A stretch of 64,000 nt of DNA from an uncultured Actinomycetota bacterium (lineage in GTDB: Bacteria; Actinomycetota; Actinomycetes; Mycobacteriales; Pseudonocardiaceae): NCBI GenBank assembly GCA_963841985.1, contig CAWJFD010000026.1, positions 2,545 through 66,544 of the forward strand, given 5' to 3'. The stretch's first letter is position 1. The number at the start of each line of letters is the position of its first letter. Positions 57,811-64,000 of the stretch are shown here, in pieces. A model generated the notes under the pieces. That model did not search any database, was not told the origin of the DNA, and saw nothing but the letters and a program-made list of their open reading frames with translations. Both the position numbers and the translations under genes were made by a program.

Positions 57811-58226
57811 CGTCGACTCCCTCCGCGAGACGGCAAGTCTCCATCGCGCGGATGAACGGGTCAACCGCCTCCCGGATCTGGCGCCATGGGACGCTGCAGC
57901 CATGGCGGGCGGAGACGTTCAACGTGAACGTTCACCTGCTCGTCGTCATCATCGCACTCGCCCTACGCGCGATCGTCCGCCACGCCGGTCCCACCGCCCC
58001 TGGCTCGCTACTGGCCCGGCACCCCGGACGGCCTGGTGAACGTGCACCGGATGCCGACATTCCCTTCCACCCCAACCGACAGACGGACCCCCTCGGCGGC
58101 GGGCTGATCTGCCCCTATCTCTGCTCGCGCTGCTCTGGGCCGCCGCCGACGTGCCGCGCTTGCTTAGGACGAAGTGGTCATGCTTTCCCGAGCAGGCAGG
58201 CGACACGCACCAGCCCGAGGCCGCGC

Positions 58227-58410
58227 TGACAACAACCGTGACATCAACCCGCGCTCGGTCCGCGGAACGCGACTGGACGCGCTCGAACACTTCACCTGGG
58301 CATCTTGCGGCACGAGCTGCCGTCCGGGTCGCCTTGAAAGCAAGTGCATGCCCTCGCCGGCGGGCAGATCAACAGGACGGCCGAGCCGGCAGCGGGCAGC
58401 GTCGGGGGAG
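58227..58410 (+). repeat. att-like module 6: TGACAACAAC/TGACATCAAC doublet plus ~80-bp element copy 2
   Basis: Doublet at 58227 and 58239; CCTTGAAAGCAAGTGCATGCCC at 58332. Confidence 0.75.
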
Positions 58411-58749
58411 CGGTGGGCGGGCAGGGTGCGGCATCCCGTCGACCTCTTAGAGGGGGCTACCACGTGCCGGCCCGAGGGCAGAGCTTGGCAACGACGGGAT
58501 CGGTAGGCTGCGGGGCTGCCCTCGGGCCGGCACGTGGTCGGTCTCACTGTCGACGGGATGCCGCACGGCTATGACCGACACATCGGGTCAGGCCCCGCGC
58601 AAGATCTTCGCGCTCACTGGAACATGAAGCCCGGCGCACCCTCGTGCGACGAGCGTGCGATACCGACGTACACCCGACGGTCAGCCACGGTCACCAGGAC
58701 CACCAATGAACCGCAGGTCGTGGCCTCAACCACGACGACGGATAGTGTT

Positions 58750-58886
58750 CCCAAGCTGATCACCCCGCACGCTTTGAGTGACCAACTGCGTGACAATCGT
58801 CCCGCACGACCGGGCTCCGGAGGCACCGGAGTCAAGAGCTTCACCGACCCTCGACCGGACGCACGTTCGAGGATACGACGGTTGCT
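58750..58886 (+). repeat. att-like module 7: paralogue of the module 5 arm, cut just before the tRNA core
   Basis: TTGAGTGACCAACTGCGTGACAATCGTCCCGCAC (doublet at 58775 and 58787); GTTGCT at 58881. Confidence 0.7.
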
Positions 58887-59152
58887 GGCGTCTGCAGCTC
58901 GACGGCGTCGGCTCGTTTCACAGCGATCGCCCGGGCTGTCAGGTGCAGCTTATGGCGCAAACCGTGCCGGCAATGGGCACCAACAGAGCGGCCCCGACAC
59001 ACTCGGTGGGCGGCGGGGAGGGGCGGTTGGAGATCAAGATGGTGTTCGAGCCGGACATCGCGGTCCACCACCTGACGGTCCGCCGCACCGTTAGCGGCAC
59101 CGGAACTGGCGGAGGATGCTGTGCAGCCTGACGCCGACGTTAGGGAGCAGCC

Positions 59153-59440
59153 ATGCCATACGGCCGATGCGTGATCTATATGTTCCCCGGTGATGCCGAG
59201 GAGATCATCGGTAAAGCCAGGACCGGCATCCTGCCCATCTTCAAGAACCAGCCGGGCTTCGTCGCCTACGGCGTCATGGTTCGGGGCAACCAGCTGATCT
59301 CGATGAGCGCCTGGAAGTCCGAGGGTGACGCGAAGGCCGCGGACGAGCTGGCCAGGGAGTGGGTCTCGCAGAACGTCGACATGACTGTCGTCAACAGCTT
59401 CGTCGGTGACTACGAGTGGTTGGAGTTCGCCCAGCAGTGA
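59153..59440 (+). CDS. ABM-like (dimeric alpha/beta barrel) small protein
   Basis: LPIFKNQPGFVAY...SMSAWKSE; RBS GGGAG. Confidence 0.8.
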   Translation: MPYGRCVIYMFPGDAEEIIGKARTGILPIFKNQPGFVAYGVMVRGNQLISMSAWKSEGDAKAADELAREWVSQNVDMTVVNSFVGDYEWLEFAQQ

Positions 59441-59551
59441 CGGCGCTCCCCGGACAGAAGAGGAGCCTCCGGGAATCACCAGCCAGTCGCCAGCCAGCGG
59501 GCGCGGACGGGTGCTGCTGCGGACAGGCGTAGCCGTCCGTACCGTCGACAT

Positions 59552-60028
59552 GTGGCGTGGTCGGTGTTCAGCTCGCAGTCCGTCCCCTCGAGTCAGCTCG
59601 AGTCGCTCATGCAGCAGTTCGGGGCCCAGCCGACGGTGTTCCCCATGGAGGAGCCTGAGCCGGGGTCATGGTCGGTGCCCATCGCTGGTGGCGAGTTGGT
59701 CGTCAGCGAGGCAACCAGGGACCTCCGAACCATGCCCCCGAGGATGATCGAGGCAGCTACCAGCCTGCTCGGCACGGCCCCCGTGTACTGCTTGTCGATC
59801 TTCGCTGGAGCAGGGCAGTCGACCGGTTCAGCCGTGGTCGAGGACGACAAGGAGACGGCGGCGCTTATTCGGCGGATCGTGAACGCCTTCGCCGCCCGAT
59901 GGCCAGCGGTGCTGAGTGACAACACGACGAACCCCATGGTCCCGCTCGGCCCGCTGGCGGAGGGTCAGACGCGGCAGTCATTCCAGCAGGAGCAGAAGCG
60001 GGGCTGGAGGCGGCTCTTCGGCAGGTAG
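59552..60028 (+). CDS. Hypothetical cargo protein
   Basis: 158 aa ORF ending KRGWRRLFGR (amphipathic tail). Confidence 0.65.
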   Translation: MAWSVFSSQSVPSSQLESLMQQFGAQPTVFPMEEPEPGSWSVPIAGGELVVSEATRDLRTMPPRMIEAATSLLGTAPVYCLSIFAGAGQSTGSAVVEDDKETAALIRRIVNAFAARWPAVLSDNTTNPMVPLGPLAEGQTRQSFQQEQKRGWRRLFGR

Positions 60029-60465
60029 CTGGAAGCCAGCTTGCTCAGATCAGCGCCCCGTATCGAACCCGTCAGCGTGTTGGCGGCGGTGCGGCGATGC
60101 GGCGGTCGCAAGGAAGCAATTGATTGTCGCACTGTCGACGGGACGGCGTTCAACACGCGGGCAGAGTCTCGGTCTGGCGGCGAGAGACAGAGGTCGACGG
60201 CGACGGCTATGGCGATCCGGGGTCGACGCGCCTCGCGGCCGCGACTGAACGACTACTTACCGCACACCCGCAGTGAAGGACCTGCGTACCCCCGTTCGAC
60301 CCCGGTCGTGGCCGCGCAAGCCGACGAGCGCGACTAACGTCAGCACGTCTGGCGATGCACGTCGACGAGACGGCGCTCGGCGGGATTCGGGGCTGCGCCA
60401 GGTCAGGGGCCAGCTCAGCGGAGACAGGGGGCCGCATCGGGTCCGCCGACGGAGGGGCATCATCG

Positions 60466-60653
60466 TGACGGCAACAATGACGGCAACCCGTGTCGACGAA
60501 CGCGGTCACGGCTGAACGGGCCCGTACGGCTCACCAGTGTTACGACGGCCCCGACCCTGGCCCCGCTACACCTTGAAAGCAAGTGCATGCCCTCGCCGGG
60601 CGGGCAGATCAACAGGATGGCGGCCGTGCCGGCAGCGGGCAGCGTCGGGGGAG
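60466..60653 (+). repeat. att-like module 8: perfect TGACGGCAAC doublet plus ~80-bp element copy 3
   Basis: Doublet at 60466 and 60478; CCTTGAAAGCAAGTGCATGCCC at 60571. Confidence 0.78.
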
Positions 60654-60766
60654 TGGCAGCACGTCCACCGGGACCCGACAACCACGAGAAATGCCGATGA
60701 GCGTTGGCACATCTCTTGGCAGCTCACACGGCGTATCGGCACGTGAGGGCACCGACGCCAGGCGTC

Positions 60767-60784
60767 CACCCGCGACGTCTGATC
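60767..60784 (+). repeat. Right att core (duplicate of the purA 3' end)
   Basis: CACCCGCGACGTCTGATC; TTGGCA doublet at 60704 and 60716 upstream. Confidence 0.85.
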
Positions 60785-60802
60785 CTCCGCGCTCGGTGCT
60801 GG

Positions 60803-61321
60803 TCAGACGGCCTCGTGATCGAGGCGCCACCTGTCGATCGACGGGGGGAACTCCAGGCGTGCCGCCCGGTCGCCGGTGTCGGGATTCCGGCGTCGGGTCG
60901 GGCCGTAGGGGTCGTCGAGCATGGTCGATGGCAGGAGGTCGGGTCCCGCCGCGGCGTTCCGGTACGGCGAGGCGCCGAACGTCCAGGTGACCGGCAGCGG
61001 CCGGGGACCCGTCGTCGACGCACCCAGCGACGTCGCCGGGCGCGGGCCGACCCCGAGCGCCCCTGCGGGACGCTGCCGGCCCTGGGGCATCGGCGCGGTT
61101 CGGCGTGCGGTTCGGAGTCGCTCATCCGGAACGACCGTTGGCGTCCGGGCGGCGGCGGCGATCAGCAACAGCGGCGCCTCGATCAGCACGTAGGCGGCGA
61201 CCGTCGGGGCCGGACCGGTGATCGGCGGCAGCCCCGGCCAGCTGCCCAGCAACAGCCCGACTGCGGCTGCGGCCAGCGCGCCACTGAGCATCGGCACCAG
61301 CGCGGATCCGCTCGCTCTCAT
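60803..61321 (-). CDS. Hypothetical membrane protein
   Basis: Two hydrophobic segments; ends ARLEFPPSIDRWRLD. Confidence 0.45.
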   Translation of the reverse strand: MRASGSALVPMLSGALAAAAVGLLLGSWPGLPPITGPAPTVAAYVLIEAPLLLIAAAARTPTVVPDERLRTARRTAPMPQGRQRPAGALGVGPRPATSLGASTTGPRPLPVTWTFGASPYRNAAAGPDLLPSTMLDDPYGPTRRRNPDTGDRAARLEFPPSIDRWRLDHEAV

Positions 61322-61475
61322 GCCTGGAAGAGTGCCTGTTCCGGCGCGTGATACTCGCGGGTAACGGCGCGGCCCGCCGGCGGATCCGGTAGGCACGGGC
61401 AGAGGGCGCCCTCGTCCGACGGGATGGGACGGACGAGTGCGGTTCGCTCAGGTCGGAGTGGACCGGAGCCCACTT

Positions 61476-62672
61476 TCAGGCGGCGCAGTTCCCGGTGTCG
61501 ACAGTGCGGTTGAGCTGCGTGGCCGACCGCACGGCGGCGGACACCTGCTCGACCGTGAGCACGAACCCGGTCTCCTGGTCGTCCAGCGCGGCACCGAAGA
61601 CCACCCCGACCACGCGGCCGGCGGGGTCGATCATCGGACCGCCGGAGTTGCCGGAGCGCACCACCGCGCGGACGGTGTAGACCTGCCGCGTGATCTCTCC
61701 GGTGTCGTAGATGTTCGGGCCCTTGAGGTTGATCATCTGCCGGATCTTGCCGGCGGTGGCGGTGAAGGGTCCGTCGAGCGGGTAGCCCAGCACCACCACG
61801 TCGTCGCCGACGACGCGGGGTTGCTGCTCGAACGCCATCGGCTCGGCGTCAAGGTCGGGCACCCGGAGCACGGCGACATCGGTCTGAGGGTCGTAGAGCA
61901 CCACCTTGGCGTCCAGCTCGACCGTGCGGCCACGGCGGCCGGCCACCTCGACCCCGGTCTCGTCGGTGCCGGCCACGACGTGCGCGTTCGTCAACACCAG
62001 CTGCGGTCCGATCACGAACCCGGTGCCCTCGAGCTGCCGGGAGCAGGACGGGGCCCGCCCGCGGATCTTGAGCACGCTGCCGGCGGCGTCGGCCACGGCC
62101 GAGCTCTCCAGCAGCGCCGGGTTCGGCGGACCGACCTGGGTGATCGGCGTCTCGGCGAACGGGCTGGTGACGTCGGGGAAGCCGGAGTTGTTGAGCAGCT
62201 GGCGCAGATCCGATGGCAGCTTCTTCGCCCCAGCCGGCATCACCGAGTCGACAGCGCGCAGCACCTCGGAGCCGCGCACCCCTTGGACGAGCCCGGGGAA
62301 GCTGGCCGACGCCAGCGGCAGCGCCACCAGCCAGGCCGCGAGCACCACGGTGACCGCCTGCAGGACCGATCCGAGCGTGGAGTCCAGCTGCAGCGAGCGG
62401 GTGCCGGTGATGCGGTCGCGGATCCGGCGCCCGAAGAACACCCCGGTGGTCTCGCCCAGTGCGACGAGCAGCACGACGACGGCGATGCTCACCATGATCC
62501 GGGCGGTGGGGGATTCGACGGCCGTGGCGAACAGCGGGGCGAGTCTGACCCCGATGATCGCGCCACCCAACACCCCGACGAAGGACAGCAGCGCGACCGC
62601 CATCCCGTGCCGCCATCCGGACACGGCGGCGATCACCGCCAGCAGGACGACGATGGCGTCGACCCAGCTCAC
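61476..62672 (-). CDS. marP: MarP-family membrane serine protease (CvpA-like TM plus trypsin domain)
   Basis: TNAHVV, DVAVL, GNSGGP; operon with nudix and tlpA-like genes. Confidence 0.92.
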   Translation of the reverse strand: MSWVDAIVVLLAVIAAVSGWRHGMAVALLSFVGVLGGAIIGVRLAPLFATAVESPTARIMVSIAVVVLLVALGETTGVFFGRRIRDRITGTRSLQLDSTLGSVLQAVTVVLAAWLVALPLASASFPGLVQGVRGSEVLRAVDSVMPAGAKKLPSDLRQLLNNSGFPDVTSPFAETPITQVGPPNPALLESSAVADAAGSVLKIRGRAPSCSRQLEGTGFVIGPQLVLTNAHVVAGTDETGVEVAGRRGRTVELDAKVVLYDPQTDVAVLRVPDLDAEPMAFEQQPRVVGDDVVVLGYPLDGPFTATAGKIRQMINLKGPNIYDTGEITRQVYTVRAVVRSGNSGGPMIDPAGRVVGVVFGAALDDQETGFVLTVEQVSAAVRSATQLNRTVDTGNCAA

Positions 62673-62742
62673 GCCGTGGGCCCGAGCGTCGTGCGGAGTG
62701 TGGGCGGCCGGCCCGGACAGGGCTCTATGCCCACCGACTTCA

Positions 62743-63435
62743 TTACCCAGCGACCTCCCGCCGACCGGCCCTTGCCGTGGACCAGGCTTCGTTCAAGCCG
62801 AGAGTCCGGTTGGAATCCCACGGATGTGCCCAGCCGCCCAGATCCAACAGGGCGGACAATATGCCCCCCGTGAAACCCCACACGAGCAGCCCCGCCACGA
62901 TGAACGCGGGCCCGACGTAGCCCGACGGATGGCGGACCCGGAGCCGGTTGGCGGGTTCGGCGAGCGCGGCCAGCGGTACCCGGACCACCGTGGCCGTCTC
63001 GCCCGCGTCCACGGCGTGGACCGCGACCGGGCGCTCCCAGTACGCGAGCACCGGGGTGACCACGTAGCCCGAGGGCGGCACGAAGAGATCGGGCAGCACC
63101 GCCAGCGGCACGACGCCCGATGGCAGCAACCCGGTCTCCTCCTCCGCCTCCCGCAGTGCGGTGTGCACCAGATCGGTGTCGCCCGGATCGGCGCCGCCGC
63201 CGGGAAACGCCACCTGACCGGCATGGTCGCGCAAGGTGGACGCCCGCTCCATCAGCAGCACGTCGGGACCGTGGGTGGCGTCCTCGCCGAACAGCACGAG
63301 CACCGCCGCCCGCCGCCCGTCGGCGGGGGGCGGGATGCGGTGATGGCTGAACGTGAACGCGTCGATGCCACGGACGCCGTGCAGCAGCGGACGCAACCAT
63401 TCCGGGGCCCGCTCGGGGTGCAGCCGGGCGGTCAT
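62743..63435 (-). CDS. Nudix CoA pyrophosphatase
   Basis: HAGQVAFPGG, ALREAEEETGL, VWGFTG. Confidence 0.93.
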   Translation of the reverse strand: MTARLHPERAPEWLRPLLHGVRGIDAFTFSHHRIPPPADGRRAAVLVLFGEDATHGPDVLLMERASTLRDHAGQVAFPGGGADPGDTDLVHTALREAEEETGLLPSGVVPLAVLPDLFVPPSGYVVTPVLAYWERPVAVHAVDAGETATVVRVPLAALAEPANRLRVRHPSGYVGPAFIVAGLLVWGFTGGILSALLDLGGWAHPWDSNRTLGLNEAWSTARAGRREVAG

Positions 63436-63507
63436 GATGCCGCCTCCGCGGGAAGGAGTGCGTCGGCGGTCATGATGCCGCCTCCGCGGGAAGGAGTGCG
63501 TCGGCGG
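63427..63507. repeat. 38-bp exact tandem duplication covering the nudix RBS and start codon
   Basis: GGCGGTCATGATGCCGCCTCCGCGGGAAGGAGTGCGTC x2. Confidence 0.9.
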
Positions 63508-63510
63508 GGT

Positions 63511-64000
63511 TCACGTCAGCCGGGCCACGGCCGCGGCCACGTCGTCGGCGGTGCCGAACGGGATCGGTGGATCGACGCGCACCACGGTGCCGTCGGCCCG
63601 CACGAGGTACGACATCGGCAGCCCAGGCGGGAGGTCGAGCGGAGCCCGCAGCACGTCGTTCGGATCGGTGACCATCGGCAGCGTGACGTCGATCTGATCC
63701 AGCAGCGCCAGCGCGGCCCGCGGATCGTCGCGGACGTCGACGCCGAGCACCCCGACCGCCCCTGGCCGCGCCGCGTACTCGGCGAGCGCGGGCAACTCGG
63801 TGCGGCACGGCGCACACCAGGACGCCCACATGTTGAGCAGCGTCGGCTTCCCGGCCAGCGCCTTTCCCAGCTCGACCTGACCGGCGGCGCCGAGGCAGGG
63901 CACGGTGATGCCGGCCAGCGGGCCGCCGGCCGGCGCACCTGTCGCCGCCGGGCACGGGGCCAGCGCGGCGGCGGCCCGCAGCGGGGCCAGCTCCGCATCG
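63511..64000 (-). CDS. TlpA-family thiol-disulfide reductase (5' end outside window)
   Basis: LNMWASWCAPCRTELP, GLPMS. Confidence 0.92.
   Translation of the reverse strand, partial: DAELAPLRAAAALAPCPAATGAPAGGPLAGITVPCLGAAGQVELGKALAGKPTLLNMWASWCAPCRTELPALAEYAARPGAVGVLGVDVRDDPRAALALLDQIDVTLPMVTDPNDVLRAPLDLPPGLPMSYLVRADGTVVRVDPPIPFGTADDVAAAVARLT

Noticed and set aside
57850-59130. Short ORFs between modules 5-7 as real genes
   Set aside because: No recognisable motifs, weak codon bias, overlap with att-like modules
60100-60460. Possible ninth att module (CAGGTCAGGGGC, GTTCGACCCC)
   Set aside because: No clear doublet or anticodon-loop core at the expected spacing
53152-60653. CRISPR array
   Set aside because: Repeats are hundreds to thousands of bp apart with genes between them; no constant 30-40 bp spacers and no cas genes

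Overview
High-GC actinomycete DNA. The gene order (dcd, Fe-S oxidoreductase, dnaK-grpE-dnaJ-hspR, clpB, pyrE, fbaA, purA, marP-nudix-tlpA) suggests Pseudonocardiaceae; this is an inference. Clustered single-base indels break even housekeeping genes (dcd, fbaA), so most frameshifts are probably consensus errors. Accessory content: (1) the right end of an AICE (traB-repSA-xis-int) integrated in tRNA-Gly(CCC), 1-5251; (2) a six-gene Gram-positive T4SS-like operon with no relaxase, coupling protein or integrase, 11.3-19.3 kb; (3) a ~9.9 kb island in the 3' end of purA, bounded by an exact 18-bp direct repeat (50928-50945 and 60767-60784). The island carries int, xis and a truncated repSA. Behind them, unrelated 1-2 gene cargoes are separated by eight co-oriented att-like modules. 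Each module is an arm-type direct-repeat doublet followed ~95-125 bp later by a core. Four cores are tRNA fragments starting at the anticodon loop (Ser, Ala, Val, Pro), three are copies of an unidentified ~80-bp element, and one is cut just before the core. This integron-like cassette array is the best candidate for an undescribed system. All family assignments come from motif recognition; no searches were run.
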